Below, piece after piece: positions 24,653-39,126 of a DNA stretch of 64,000 nt. Under the pieces are notes generated by a model, which ran no database searches, was not told where the DNA came from, and saw only the letters and a program-made list of their open reading frames with translations. How positions within the stretch are numbered: the stretch's first letter is position 1; each line of letters begins with the position of its first letter. The stretch is from Chiloscyllium plagiosum. Its lineage: Eukaryota. The stretch is from positions 69,506,059 to 69,570,058 of the forward strand of contig NC_057711.1 of the NCBI RefSeq assembly GCF_004010195.1, written 5' to 3'. A program made the translations under genes and the position numbers.

Positions 24653-27434
24653 TCTCAGTAGGTCAGACCTGGTTATCTGTCCGTTTTTTTGTAGGTTCCT
24701 TAGTGCGTTGTTTATCCTATTGGTGAGCTGTGGGGTGGGGTCAAACTCCCTCTTTTGGTAGGTGTTGGTATCTGCAAGTAGTTGNNNNNNNNNNNNNNNN
24801 NNNNNNNNNNNNNNNNNNNNNNNNNNNNNNNNNNNNNNNNNNNNNNNNNNNNNNNNNNNNNNNNNNNNNNNNNNNNNNNNNNNNNNNNNNNNNNNNNNNN
24901 NNNNNNNNNNNNNNNNNNNNNNNNNNNNNNNGTCTGTGGGAGAGGTTTCTAACCCAGGTGTGTGTTGTGGTGTCCTCTCTGTTGTGTGTTAGTTTGGCCA
25001 TTTTTTCTTTTAGTGCTGTTTTTTTGCAGTGTGTGGGCCTGTTCTGTCCTATGGTGATGGCCTGTTCTATGGTCCGGGTCCATTCCTGATTAATTTCAAA
25101 AACCACCAACGATTTTTGGTGCAAATTTCTTGTCTGTATTTGTGAAGTCTGTTGTGTGCGTCTGTAATCATTACCTGGATCATCCTGAATCCGTTCTGTC
25201 TGGCTGTATCCCTGGCTTGTGGGTTGTTGACTAGTGGTCTGTATCTGACACATGGTGGAAGCATTCGATTCTTTCGGCATTTGTGCAGGAATCGGAGTTG
25301 TTCGTATGTGGCGCTTAGGCGGTTGGCACATGCAAGGACTGCACAAAACACTACATAGGACAAACAGGAAGACAGCTAATGATCCGCATTCATGAACACC
25401 AACTAGCCACGAAATGACATGACCAGCTATCCTTAGTAGCCACACACTCAGATGACAAGCAACATGAGTTCGACTGGGACAACACTACTATTATAGGACA
25501 AGCCAAACAGAGAACAGCCAGGGAATTCCTAGATGCATGGCACTCATCCACAGATTCAATCAATAAGCACATCGACCTGGACACAATATACGGGCCACTG
25601 CAGCGGACAGCTGGAACTGACAACCGGAAGCGGCAGATACAAATCACTACAAATGCCAGAGGAAACACCACAGAAGCGCTTCACAGGAGGCTCCCAAGCA
25701 CTGAGGATGTTACCTAGACAGGGGAAGAAACATCTGCAACACAAATTCTCAGCTTGGCGAACAGAACCACAACATTAAAGTAGATAGTAAATAACTGAGG
25801 TCCTAAGACTGATCCTTGTAGGATTCCACTCATTACATCTTTCCAACCTGAAAAAGACCTATTCAGCCTGAGTCTTTGGTTTCTATGTGTTAACCAATTC
25901 TCAATTCATGTTCATACCATGAGCTTTTATCCTACAATAATCTTTTATGCAGCACTATTGAATGCCTTGCTCAAAATCCAAATGTACCACACCTATCAGT
26001 TCCCCTTTATCAACTCTGCTTCTAGTAGCCTCAAAGAAATTAAGAAATATTGTCAAACACAAATTCGCTGTCAAAAAACCATATTAACTCTGTTTGATCA
26101 TGTTAAGCTTTTATATATGACTGACTATTTCTTCCTTCATAAATGGACTCTAGCATTTTCCTAATGACGTTTCAGATTAATTGGCATACATTTTCCTGTC
26201 AATTATCATTTACTGACCTTCCCCTTTGTCTAATTCCCCAGGCTGCTTTAGCTAACCCTTTCATCATACCTCTGTAATTCTGCTTATTTAAGTTGAGAAT
26301 ATTGGCTTCAGACCTGAGTTGCTATACCTCAAACTGAGTTTGAAATTATAGCATGTTCTGATTGCCTCCCCCCTCGAAAATTCTTAACAAAGAGACTTCA
26401 TATTAATTCTCCCTCATTACACATTGCTAGATCTGAAATAGCCTATTCTCAGGTTGGTTCTACAATGTTCTGCTATTAGAAAAAATCCGGATACACTCTC
26501 CAAATTCATCCTCCATGTTGCCCTTGCCCATCTGATTTGTCTAGTTATGTGCAGATTAAAATTATTGATGACAATTATTATGTCCATTTTACATATATTT
26601 CCTGATTTATATTTTGTTCTATAGTGAATCAACTTATTGGAGGCTTTTGGATGACTCCCACCCATTATTTCTTTCCCTTGCTTTTCCTTATTTTCACCCA
26701 TTCTGATTCAACATCACAATCCATTGGACCAACGTTACTATCCATCACCATGCTGACACCTCCTTTATTAACAATCCTACCCCATCTCCTTTTACTTTTT
26801 AATCTATTTTTCCAGTAGGTCAAATACCCTTAAATATTGAGTTCCCAGTCCTAGTCACTCTGTAACCATGTTTCCATAATAGCTTTCACGTCATATTCAA
26901 CCCTTTTGAACCATGGAAATCAGATTTTTCCCCGCCTATCCAAGTTTCTTTTTAGTCCAATTGGAATGTCCTGCATCAAGTATGCAATGCAGCCTTCACA
27001 GCTCTCTGATGCAGAGAATGCTATCTTTCCCCTAACTATGTCCCCTATTACTACTTCATTTGACTTTTATCACCCCTACACACACGCACATGCACTTGTC
27101 CACACTGGGAGTAACAATTTGCTACTTATTGGATAGGTCATTTGCTAAAGCTCCTCCAGAACTAAATTCTAGATCCCAATACCTGCTTCACTCACATTCA
27201 TACCCTTTGGTCCTTGAACATGTACCAAATGATCCACTCACCCCTTCTTGTGACCACCACCTGCCCCAAATGTAATAAAGCCTGCAGTTAGGCGTATCAG
27301 TTTGTATAGCCACCAATGGACTCATTCTGAGAGTGGGAGACAGTCATCATCGTCTGCAAGGGACCTTCAATGATGATGACTAAAATCAATGTAATCAATC
27401 AATCTAATGGGTGTGACTGTCTCCTGAAACAGAC

Positions 27435-28553
27435 TGATTAGGGATAGTCAACATGGCTTTGTGTGTGGGAAATCATGTCTCACAAACTTGATTGAATTTT
27501 TTGAAGAAGTAACAAAGGGGATTGATGAGAGCAGCGTGGTGGACATGATCGATATTCTGCATGATAGACTGGTTATCAAGGTTAGATCTCATGGAATATA
27601 GGGAGAAGTAGCCATTTGGATACAGAACTGACTCAAAGTTAGAAGACAGATGGTGGTGGTGAAGGGTTGTTTTTTCAGACTGGAGGCCTGTGACCAGTAG
27701 AGTGCCATAAGGATCCATCCTTGGTCCACTACATTTCGTCATTTATATAAATGATTTGGATGTGAGCGTAAGGGGTATAGTTAGTAAGTTTGCAGATGCC
27801 ACCAAAATTGGAGGTGTAGTGGACAGCGAAAAAGGTTACCTCAGGTTAGAATGGGGTCTTCATCAGATGATCCGATGGACTGAGGAGTGGCACTGGAGTT
27901 TAATTCAGATAAATGTGAAGTGTTGCATTTTGGAAAAATAAATCTTAGCAGGACTTATACACTTAATGGTAAGGTCCTAGGGAGTGTTGCTGAACAAAGA
28001 GACCTTGGAGTGCAGGTTCATAACTTCTTGAAAGTGGAGTCACAAGTAGATAGGATAGTGAATAAGGCGTTTGGTATGCTTTCCTTTATTGGTCAGAGTA
28101 TTGAGTACAGGAGTTGGGAGGTCATGTGTGGCTGTACAGGATGTTAGTTAGGCCACATTTGGAATATTGGCTGCAATTCTGGTCTCCTTCCTATTGGAAG
28201 GATGCTGTGAAACTTAAAGGGGTTCAGAAAAGATTTATCAGGATGTTACCAGGGTTGGAGGATTTGAGCTATAGGGAGAGGTTAAATAGGCTGGGGCTGG
28301 AGGGTTAGAGGCTGAGGGGTGACCTTATAGAGGTTTATAAAATCATGAGGGGCATAGATAGGATAAATAGACAATGTCTTTTCCCTGGGGTAGGGGTATA
28401 TGAATAGGAAGGGTTTGGAGGGATATGGCCCAAGTGCTGGCAGGTGGGACTAGATTAGATTAGGATATCTGATCAGCATGGACAAGTTGGACTGAAGGGT
28501 GTGTTTCTGTACATCTCTATGACTCTACATCCTGTACATCTCTATGACTCTAT
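27435..28553 (+). mobile_element. CR1 LINE (RT domain to 3' tail, internal deletions)
   Basis: SQHGF...SCLTNLIEFFEEVT and IVSKFADATKIGG motifs; duplicated tail ctgtacatctctatgactcta. Confidence 0.9.
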
Positions 28554-29902
28554 GACAGCGCCACTCTGAGATGAAGAGTATTTATAAATTCCGAGGTCAA
28601 CAAAGTTCATTGCTTTAAAAAAGGCAGGTTTGAACATAGATAGCTAGATGGTGCACTCTGAGAAGCAGAGTATGAAATGAATGGAGATCTGACCATTAGA
28701 AAGCAATAAAAAGGAAAATAATTTATTATTATTGTTGACTATTCACTGGAAGTTTCCACCTAATATGAAACTATAATCACCAGGCTTGACAGAAACAGAA
28801 TGTGTAAAGGGAAAAGAATTTTGGTTTGAGGGTATCATGGTGCAGCTACATACCCCCTACCTAGGAGGAAGGTCTGAAAGGAGCTGACAGTCCAGATTGA
28901 AGTTAAAAAAGGAGCAGTGGGTTGAGCTAAATTAGCAGTTTCTGGGTCTTCTGCTCTCAATGGAGAGGAGGACCTGCCTGCTAGAGCTACAAGCCAATCT
29001 GATTCTGAACTGCAGGCAGGTCCATGAAAGATGCCCAATGGATCTGTACTAAGTTAAGTCAGGGGATTGGGCAGGGAGCATTTAATTTTGCTGGCAGAGA
29101 TTAACTTAAATCAGGATATCAATTGGTTAAGTTACATTCAAAATATTACTATATATGTCATTTTAGGCACTGTGCTTTCATCAAGGTATTGATGCAGTGG
29201 TGAAAGCCAATTAAGTTCTTTTTATGTAAAATAAAAGGTATGTGGTCACTATTGTAATATAGGAAATGTGACAGCCAATTCACACACAGCAAAGTCCCAC
29301 GACTGTAATGTGATGATGACCAGATAATCTGTTTCAGTAATATTGGTTGATTAGAAGAATCCCTGCCAAATACAGAATATTGGATTTATGGAACAGTTTC
29401 TCATTCACAGCAGTTAATGATATATCAATAAACTCATTTAATATATATTTATGAAAGGCAATTCAGATTATAAGGCGAGACTGTTCTTTCACAGCTGATG
29501 GCATAGATTTATCATTTACAGAATACAGTTGGTCAGCGTTAACTAATATTGGTTGAAAGATTGAATCAATATTTTGGAATTTTCTTTGATTACTTTCATA
29601 GACATAAAGATATCAGCTTTGCACACATTTCTGTATCACACTCATAACGAGTACTTCTGCTCACAAAGAAATATTTCAATATTGTATTTTAATGGGATTC
29701 ATTCAAATTTGTATATTGAAATGATATTATTTTCATTTAATGGTCAATTGGAGTCAGAGGAGCTGCATTAGCACATTTATTATTTGCTCCAAAATCTGTT
29801 ATCCTTAATGAAATTTGTATGTGACTTGAAAAGAATCCAAAATATGTTTCTGTGTACACCCATCAAAATGTTTACATGTGATTCCACTTCTGATTAAATA
29901 TT

Positions 29903-30282
29903 AGAGAGAGAATAATGTGTGGTAATGCCACTGAACTAATAATGCAGATGTTCCGGTTAATGCTCTTGTGACATGAAATCAGCATAGCTGTTAGCAGAAT
30001 TTTAATTAAATGAATAAAATCTGTGCTTTTTTTTAAAGTAGCTAATCACGGTAATTGTTATTGTGAAATAACAATCGTTGTAAAAACTGAACTAGTTCAC
30101 TAATGTCCTTCAGGCAAGGAAATCTGCTGGTCTGGCATTTATGTGACTCCAGACCCACAGCAATGTGATCAACTCTTTTTATCTCTAAAATGACCTAGCA
30201 AGCTCCTCAGCTTGAGGATAAATTGGGTTGGCAACAAATGTTTGCCTTGTCAATGGCATGTCCAATCAAAATATTTATAAAA
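29903..30282 (+). mobile_element. Degraded tRNA-derived SINE (same family as 6826-7160)
   Basis: Shared blocks actaatgtccttcagg..aggaaatctgc...gtgactccagacccacagcaatgtg. Confidence 0.7.
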
Positions 30283-30322
30283 GACAAGGTGATACTGTTG
30301 GTGATCAAATACTTGAATTTCC

Positions 30323-30368
30323 AATATTAATACACACGCAGAAAGTCTTCTGCGTGTGTATTAATATT
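30323..30368. repeat. Perfect 21-bp palindrome with 4-nt loop
   Basis: aatattaatacacacgcagaa-agtc-ttctgcgtgtgtattaatatt. Confidence 0.95.
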
Positions 30369-32777
30369 AAGCACTCTGCTACAGCCTGATTTGCTCTTTT
30401 CATATTCCGGAGGTTAAGTCAGTGTAACAACAGCAGTACTCATGGATCTATTCAAATGAAATCATTGTCACATGTTGATAAACTACAATTATAACGTGAG
30501 GGCAAATACGCATTTGTAAATTTTCTACGAGTGGATAATTTCAAATTATATTCATAACTGAACATCTTTTGAAATGCCATTGAAATCAGCATTGCGAAAA
30601 ATATATTACTGCTCTGAGAGTTCAGCCTACTCATGGCCAGAACATGGGTGAAAGTAGCTGTTTAAACATGTTGAAATTCGTACTTTTACAGAGAGAGATC
30701 ATATATAGTCCATCTCTATAGAAATCAACTTCACGTCACCAGAGGCATTGGCTAAAACCTACAATTTTGGGGCTGTATAATGGATGATATCGAATCAAAC
30801 ATCCATGCTTTTCACTGTGCCTTGGTACACATGACAATTCAATTCAATTCATTGGATCCTGCTCAAACTTTCATTGAAGTTAGTGAAAATCAAAATAAGG
30901 TATGGCATAATCATGAGTAAACGTTCAACTATTTATCCCTAAATCAAAGTGGAAGTATTTGTTTCATACTCTTGTCCTGTATATAACTGTTTTTATATTA
31001 GGTTTGTAAGGTACTAGGACCCCAAGCTCCCAAATGGTTGATTTTGCACAATTGACAGCTGTGGTACCATGGGAAAGCCAGGTAAAATGGTGATCAACTT
31101 GTGTGAGTTTACCAAGTTCAATTTAGGATTGGCAGTGGCTTGAGAGATCTGCATGCTGGAAGTTAGACACTTTAGTGTGTGACTGCACTCAACAGAAAAG
31201 AAACTGATATTGTGGGTTACTGCGGAATTTATAATATAAACTGCACTAAATCTAACATATCAACTGATGTGATGGATCTTTTATGTCAGATTAAATACAT
31301 AGTTCATAATAGTTGCCATAACTTTACACCAATACTGCAATACTGCAAGGTTGCAGTTTCATTACTTTGTTACCTCTGAATGCGCACAATAAAGTTGTGC
31401 AATTCAAGTAAAACGTTTATCATATTAGATAAAGATTACAATAATCAAAAATCTTGAAAGACATAGATTCAAAATTAAGTTTAAGTAGATTCCAAAGTGA
31501 TCTTTTTGGTGATTAATTATTAGCATTATTTTTCTACTTACTGGATACTCTAAAATATACTAGGCATCTTCTGCTTTTGCAAATCCCTGAATTCCTTCAA
31601 TTATTTGTTCCAGTCAAATGAAACACAGAGAACCTTCAATATTATGCTTGTCGAAAAAATCTAAATAAATCCTTAAAACAGTACCATATAAACTCCTTTT
31701 AATCGATCCCTGAAATAAATTGATACTTCACAGTTTTTTTTGTAAGTGCTTTTCATAAATTGCTTTTAATAAGAAAGTGTAAAGGTCAATATTTTTAATA
31801 CACTAAACATTGTTGTTTTAACATTCGTCCCAAATCTCTCTCATTTTAATGGAAGGTATCAGTTTTATGGACAAGCACTATGTTGGACCAAAGCATTGTC
31901 TCCCAAGTGATCCATTAAATTGTTGTCTCTCTGCAGTAGATGCTTAAGGGTGCTGTTTCTATGTATAAGTTATTGGGCAATGCCATTGAGATTACCTTTG
32001 AGTTATTTGAAGCTTTAAGAAGTGAATGTCATTTTTTTGCAAATTCACTCTCCATCTATATGAATACATGACAGTGTCTGTGCACACAGGTGAATGTATA
32101 TTGGGTGGAAAATGCTACAAATCAAGGAAAAACAAATATTGTTGCTCTCTAAGACTATATAAGCGGAGGTACCTCTTTCCTTTTTTTGTATACTATGTGC
32201 AATTGCTAAATATAACTGAATACCAATAACTCTGGATGAGACCAGGCATGTATTAGCCAGATAAAGAATTTTTGTTCAATGTGGGATAATAATACCAAAT
32301 ACATTGTAGTGTTCTTGAAAAAAAGCTGAATGACCATTCTTGTTTTAGTGATTGGTGTCTAATATTACTGTAGCCTTAAGCATGCTAATCTGTCACTTTC
32401 ATCTTTGTCTCTGATGATTCAATTATACAGCATGTGTCGTTCACACTGGAATAGCATGGGAGATGAGTCCACGTGAAAATATTGACTGAACTAGTTAAGA
32501 GCAGCTCCATTAAATTATATCATCTGTCATCTTATCCAAAAATAAGCTTGTAACGTTCATCATACAGCAATTCTGTGTATGTATTTTTGAGTAGAATAGA
32601 GAACATCTTGAAACCTTTCAATCTTGTTATTGATCAGTGCTTATTAGTTGGATTTATGGCATGGAAGGTCAACATTAAAGTAATAGACAGAACTTCTGTT
32701 TCAAAGTAGTGAAAGATCAAACAATCCCCTAATTATGTAGTGAGAAAAGACAGCAATTTTATATTATTTATATATAT

Positions 32778-33408
32778 TGTTATGGACTAGGCCAGATCGC
32801 TCAAAACATTCTTAGGCAGACAGCCCAGACCATAATTTGCAATTTGTTTCGGTAAGTATATAGTGAAAATTACCTGGAGTGGGGTAGCTAGATTGACTAC
32901 TAGATTTTAAAACAGAAATTTGTTCACAAAATTACACAATGAAACACAGGGAACAGAATAAAGAACCCCTACAGAACTCAGTCTATCTAAACTAGACTTA
33001 ATTATGCTGTTCCAAACACACACAACAGTCCCAATAAGCAAACCCCCTTAAAATCCAGTATGAGTGGAACCGATACTTGCAGGTTGAAGTTAGAAGGGCA
33101 GAGACAGAGAGTTTGTTTCCACACAGCTCACTGTTGAACTCCCAGCCTGTTCTGAACTGAACTGCTCATCTAGAGAGCTGACCACTCCCATTTCATTATA
33201 CAAGTCATTTCTAAAACATGACCACTTTGGCCTGAAGTCTCATCTGTTTACATGTAAGCAAAAAGGTCTCAATACCCTTTAATCTCTGTACCAAGCCAGA
33301 CTAATTGGCACTGAAAGTAATTTATTACTTCTCTGAAAAAAACCAAGGACATAGTATTCTTGAGAAAAGGAACAGCTGTTAAAAAAAAAACAAACCAGCT
33401 TTGTGTCA
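32778..33408 (-). mobile_element. Probable solo LTR
   Basis: TGTTA...TGTCA termini, ~630 bp, non-coding, distinct in composition from the AT-rich flanks. Approximate 4-bp TSD (atat/ttat). Confidence 0.5.
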
Positions 33409-33679
33409 TTATAAAACCAGAGCACTACAGTCATGTCAGTAATGATGTCACAATTGTTGAGAAATGTAGGTGGAAATACATACTTATACTGTAACATAAC
33501 TAAAATATATGTCAGTTGACAATGTAATTAGTTGCACACAAAGTACTTCACTAACTTCAGTTAAGAGAAAAAAAGTGGAATGAAAATGTGGCATGATTCC
33601 TTTAATGCAGTTCAGAGGATCATACAATGCATTATAAAATGAGGATGATAAGCTAATCCTGTTTCATTCAATTCAATTA

Positions 33680-34490
33680 GTGTTATATAAAACAATTGAC
33701 TCAAAAGATAACATATATCCAGCCTTTGGACAAGAAATTTAAAAGGAAAATTAGAGAGATATATCAAGAATGATAGATCTGTGATGTTGGGAGACTTTTA
33801 TTAACTAATTATAGATTGTGATAATGACAGAGAGAAAGGAAAGGACAGGAAGAGATTTGTGTGATATGTTCAGAAGAACGCCTTTGACCAGTATGCTTTT
33901 CATCCACCAAGGAGACATTGCTGAATCTGGCATTCAGGAGTTTGGTGGGCAATGTGGACAGAGTGTCTGAGGATCAGTGAGTAAGAGTGATTATTGTATC
34001 AGAAGGTTTGGACAAGTAATGGAGAAGAGGAAAAAACAATTTGAAGTAGAACTTCTAAACTGGAAGAGAGCAAACTTCAGTGGGATGAGGGTGTACCTAA
34101 CCAGGGTAAATCAGAGGCAAAAACTGACAGGAAGAATAAGTGATCTTTTGAAAAGAGGCTTTAAAGGCAAAATATAGATGAATCATTGCTAAGGTTCCTC
34201 AATGACAAGGGAGATAGACAACTTGAGTGAATTCTTTCAGCAAGAATCATGCCAAATATAATACGTTCAGAGGGATTTGAAGAATCATGAAGAGAGAAAT
34301 GACAATAGAATGGTAGTAAATATTAAGGGTAACAAAAATATTCCATTGGTATGTGAATATTAAGTGGTTAGTAAGAGATGGGTGGAAGCATTTTACAGAT
34401 AAAGAGGTAATATATGCTTACAGATGTCGAGCTAGGCTGGAATATTTAATAAGTGCTTTGCATTGATGTTTACTGTGGAAAAGGCACATA
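33680..34490 (+). mobile_element. Highly degraded CR1 ORF2 (endonuclease to linker region)
   Basis: VMLGDF and SKSDYCIRRF...LLNWKRANFSGMR motifs. Confidence 0.6.
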
Positions 34491-34741
34491 GTCATTGCCA
34501 AAAAATGATGTGAAGTTGAATCTTTTTGTCTTTCACTCATTAGGACTAAAATGCAAGAAAACCAACTTACAAAGGAAACAACAATTTATATGGCATGAGG
34601 AGAAGGTGCTGATTGGTTGGACAATGGTTAGCATGGAACTGTTGACTGTCTTACTTAATTGCTTGAATTCAAACTAGGTAAACAGTTCTGGGTTAAAAAT
34701 CACACAACACAAGGTTATAGTCCAATAGGTTTATTTGGAAG

Positions 34742-34776
34742 CACTAGCTTTCGAGATGCTGCCTCTTCATCAGGTG
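34742..34776 (-). ncRNA. Minimal hammerhead ribozyme motif
   Basis: cacCTGATGA-a-gagg-cagca-tctc-GAAA-gc-TA-gtg: helix I cac/gtg, helix II gagg/tctc, palindromic AGCT helix III. Confidence 0.65.
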
Positions 34777-35754
34777 GGTGTGGAACATGACCATACCACA
34801 CAGAACCTGTAGCAAAAGGGTTAGTGTCATGGAATTGTGGATGATTGAGGAGTTTGCGAGAGGTGCGGTGGCAAAGTCTCTCAGCGTAGTCTGTGTTGTA
34901 GGTTGACCTGAGTGGGTTCGTGATCTGTAATCCTTTTGGGATCTTTCCTGCTTTCCTGCATGTCTGCTGAAACTTGGTGTCTGTGTCGATATGCGCGATC
35001 TTCTTGGAGATACACTCCAACCTCCTGATGAAGAGGCAGCACCTTGAAAGCTAGTGGTTCCAAATAAACCTGTTGGACTATAACCTGGTGTTGTGTGATT
35101 TTTTTTGTATATATATTTATTAGCAAATTTTTTATAAACATAAAATTATTGAAAAATTACAATCAAAACAAATATCAGAATAATAAAAAGAAAAAAAAAC
35201 ACAAATTACAATATAACTGCTGCCTACTAACTACCCCATAATACAAAACAAATCCTAACACTGTGCAAAGCAACACCAATAAATAAGTAAGTAACTAATA
35301 GATCAAAAAGGAAGAAAGAAAAGCAAAAGAAACAAAAAAAACACAGCATACAGAACAGCTATGCTCGGTGCAAAGCTCCCAAACAAAGGAACAGGAGCAT
35401 TGTATATATACCCGTATTAACTCAGGAGACCCCCTCCAGGGCCCAGGGCTTGACAAACCTAACGATCCTGTTTAAACTAATGCCCTAGTTAAGATAACTG
35501 ACAAATCTATATCCAAATAACTCAAGTAGGGCTACCATGTCGTATAAAAATGATCTGTTGTGTGGTGCACTATGTTTGTAAAAAGGTCCAAGGGAATGTG
35601 CTTCATAATTAATTTCTGCCATCCCAGCAAGCCTGGCGGGTTCTCAGACACCCAATTCATCAGAATATTCTTCCGTGCACAGTTTGCAAAAATATTAAAC
35701 AGTTTCTTCCCATGCCCGTCTAAAGATGGTAAATTCAGTAGACCTAAGAGGAGA

Positions 35755-37157
35755 GATTCTGGATCAGTGGTGCTGGGAGAGCACAGCAATTCAGGCAGCA
35801 TCCGAGGACAGGCAAAATCCTTTGAATCCTCCCACTTCCTCCAGACCAAAGGGGTAGCCATGGGCACACGTATGGGCCCCAGCTATGCCTGTCTCTTTGT
35901 TGGCTATGTAGAGCAGTTGATCTTCCATAATTACACCGGCATCACTCCCCACCTCTTCCTCCGCTACATTGATGACTGCATTGGTGCCACCTAGTGCTCC
36001 CGCGAGGAGGTTGAGCAATTCATCAACTTCACCAACACATTCCACCCTGACCTTAAATTTACCTGGACCATCTCTGACACCTCCCTCCCCCTCCTGGACC
36101 TCTCCATCTCCATCAGTGACGACAGACTTGACACTGACANNNNNNNNNNNNNNNNNNNNNNNNNNNNNNNNNNNNNNNNNNNNNNNNNNNNNNNNNNNNN
36201 NNNNNNNNNNNNNNNNNNNNNNNNNNNNNNNNNNNNNNNNNNNNNNNNNNNNNNNNNNNNNNNNNNNNNNNNNNNNNNNNNNNNNNNNNNNNNNNNNNNN
36301 NNNNNNNNNNNNNNNNNNNNNNNNNNNNNNNNNNNNNNNNNNNNNNNNNNNNNNNNNNNNNNNNNNNNNNNNNNNNNNNNNNNNNNNNNNNNNNNNNNNN
36401 NNNNNNNNNNNNNNNNNNNNNNNNNNNNNNNNNNNNNNNNNNNNNNNNNNNNNNNNNNNNNNNNNNNNNNNNNNNNNNNNNNNNNNNNNNNNNNNNNNNN
36501 NNNNNNNNNNNNNNNNNNNNNNNNNNNNNNNNNNNNNNNNNNNNNNNNNNNNNNNNNNNNNNNNNNNNNNNNNNNNNNNNNNNNNNNNNNNNNNNNNNNN
36601 NNNNNNNNNNNNNNNNNNNNNNNNNNNNNNNNNNNNNNNNNNNNNNNNNNNNNNNNNNNNNNNNNNNNNNNNNNNNNNNNNNNNNNNNNNNNNNNNNNNN
36701 NNNNNNNNNNNNNNNNNNNNNNNNNNNNNNNNNNNNNNNNNNNNNNNNNNNNNNNNNNNNNNNNNNNNNNNNNNNNNNNNNNNNNNNNNNNNNCATTTCC
36801 CCTTCCCCCACCTCATCCTAGCTTCTAACCTCCAGCAACTCGATCCCCTGACCTGTCCGGACTTGTCCGACCTGCCCAGCTCCTTTTCCACCTATCCACT
36901 CCACCCTCTCCTCCCTGATCTATCACCTTCATCTCCTCCCCCACTGACCTATTGTACTCTATGCTACTCTATCCCCACCCCCACCCTTCTCTAACTTATC
37001 TCTCCACGCTTCAGGCTCACTGCCTTTATTCCTGATGAAGGGCTTTTGCCAGAAACGTTGATTTTGCCTGTCCTCGGATGCTGCCTGAATTGCTGTGCTC
37101 TCCCAGCACCACTGATCCAGAATCTGGTTTCCAGCATCTGCAGTCATTGTTTTTACC
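35755..37157 (+). mobile_element. Truncated Penelope-like element nested in L1
   Basis: RT fragment HFLQTKGVAMGTRMGPSYACLF...FLRYIDD; short inverted pLTR piece at the 5' end; cctgatgaagggcttttgccagaaacgttg at ~37031; N gap 36140-36793. Confidence 0.9.
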
Positions 37158-39126
37158 CCGAAGAGCAGAGATATTGGGTCTACTTTGACTTCAGTCCTCA
37201 ATATCCTCCCTATCTCTCCTGCCACAGCGCTTCAATAAACACGAAGCCTGTGGGCCAGAAGTAATGGGTAAGAGTACCTACACTTATTTTACATTTGGGG
37301 CACGCTGAAGATGCCCTTCATTTAACTTCGCCAGACGGTCTGATGCCAGATGAACCCTGTGCAGAACTTTTAACTGTGTAGCGCATGGCATATTACAGAT
37401 TGAGATCTTTCGAGCATTCTCCCATATGTTCACCTATGTTTCAAAAGAGATCACCACTCCTATTCTTTGCCCCCAGACCTCACTTAACCGGTTAATATCC
37501 TGCCAGGCCCTACCACCCAGCAGGTGACAGGGGGCACTAACCGAAAGGGTGCTTGTGAAATGTAGCAACAACCTCTCTGTATCGGGCTTATAGGACTTAG
37601 TGAGAGCTTCTGGATGAAATCCCCAACCTGAAAAAAACAGAAAAGATCTACCGGGCAACCCGTATTTGTGGCTCAGTTGTTCAAAGTACATCATAGCCTC
37701 CCCCTCAAACAAGTCTCTCAAATTAGAAACTCCTCCCACTGCCCATAGTTTGAACCCTGAGTCCATCTTCCCTGGTCAGAACCCTGGCATGCCAACTATA
37801 GGCATAAGTGGCAAAGTCTTGGATAAGGAACCCTCACTCTGAAGCATCATCCTCCATGCCTTGACTGTACTAATGACAATGGGGTTCTGGCTGTGGTCCA
37901 TAACTGTCCTCATCTTATCCATGAACAGGTTAATAAGAGGGCACTTTGCTTGGGAATCCTCAATATCCAGCCATATTGAGTTTGGATCGTTACCTACCCA
38001 ATCGCAGACAAAGGACAGCAGGGAACTCAATTGATACCTCCTGATGTCTAGGAAATCAACTCCTCCCCCTCCTTGAGGCAACTGCAATTTAGTAAGTTTG
38101 TTGAAGGGCCGCCCACGATGCCAGACAAAGAAACCAAACCATCCCATAAGCTTCCGCAGCATTGACCTGGGAAACATTATAAGGAGCGTACGCATGGGAT
38201 AAAGCAAACGAGGAAGAACATTCATCTTAATGAGAGATATTCAGCCCAGCCATGAAATTGGAAGATTCTCCCATCTCTAGAGATCTCGCCTAATATTGTC
38301 GAGTAAGTGAGCAATGTTAGATGAAATAACAGATTAAACTTGGGGGTAATAAACATGCCGAGGTATTGAAACCCTACCCGTGACCACTTAAAAGGGAACT
38401 TAGGGCTACCTTCAACTTCTCGCACATCCTTAAGGTTCCCTAAAGGTATAGCCTCCGATTTTGCAAAGTTGATCTTATGTCCTGAAATAGCCCCAAATGA
38501 ATTGATACATTGTTTCAAATGGGGTACGGAGGTCATCGTGTTCGATAAAAACAGAAGGACATGATCCGCATACAGTGTTATTTTGTGTACCCTCGATCCC
38601 ACTTCCAGAGCGGTTATGTGGACATTCTGACGAATGGCCTCTGCCAGCGGTTCTATCACTAATGTAAACAACAACGGTGAGAGGGGACAGCCTTGCCGAC
38701 TACTCCTACCAATCCTAAAATTCCCAGACTTCACCCCGTTGGTGATGACCGTGGCCAGAGTGTGGCAACATAAAACCTCCACCTACCTAGCAAAGATCCC
38801 ACCCAACCCAAACTGTTCTAAGACATAAAGAAAGATTTGGCCATTCCACCAAGTCAATTGCTTTCTCTGCATCTCAGGAAATCACCAACCCCTGAGTCGA
38901 TCGTTGCTGACAAACTTGGACCATATTCAGCAACCTTCTAATATTATTAGAGGACCTACAGCCCCTCATAAAGCCTGTCTGGTCCTCTTTAATAATATGG
39001 GGCAACACCTTTTCCAATCTCAGGATCTTGGACAGAATCTTGAAATCTGAATTTAATAGAGAGATGGGCCTATATGAGGTACAATCCTCAGGAATCTTCC
39101 CCTTCTTCAGAATTAAGGAAATATAA

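Larger units (their letters stand above)
23063..25772 (-). mobile_element. Near-complete Penelope-like element (RT plus GIY-YIG) with inverted pLTR and 14-bp TSD
   Basis: RT: PRFYGIPKVHK, LRPIVS, SFDVTALFTSI, PMGSPIS, WVRYVDDTF. EN: NVVYKIPCKDC..HIGQTGR. An inverted copy of the 3' end lies at ~25327-25772. TSD cattaaagtagata at 23049-23062 and 25773-25786. Several frameshifts; N gap 24785-24931. Confidence 0.95.
22445..27420 (-). mobile_element. Old CR1 LINE (ORF1/ORF2 remnants) split by the Penelope insertion at 23063-25772
   Basis: LSKWAKTWQMEFNVGKYEI...NEILAFIARWLEFK at 22661-22951(-). The RT continues after 25787, with endonuclease/ORF1-like remnants to ~27400. Confidence 0.7.
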
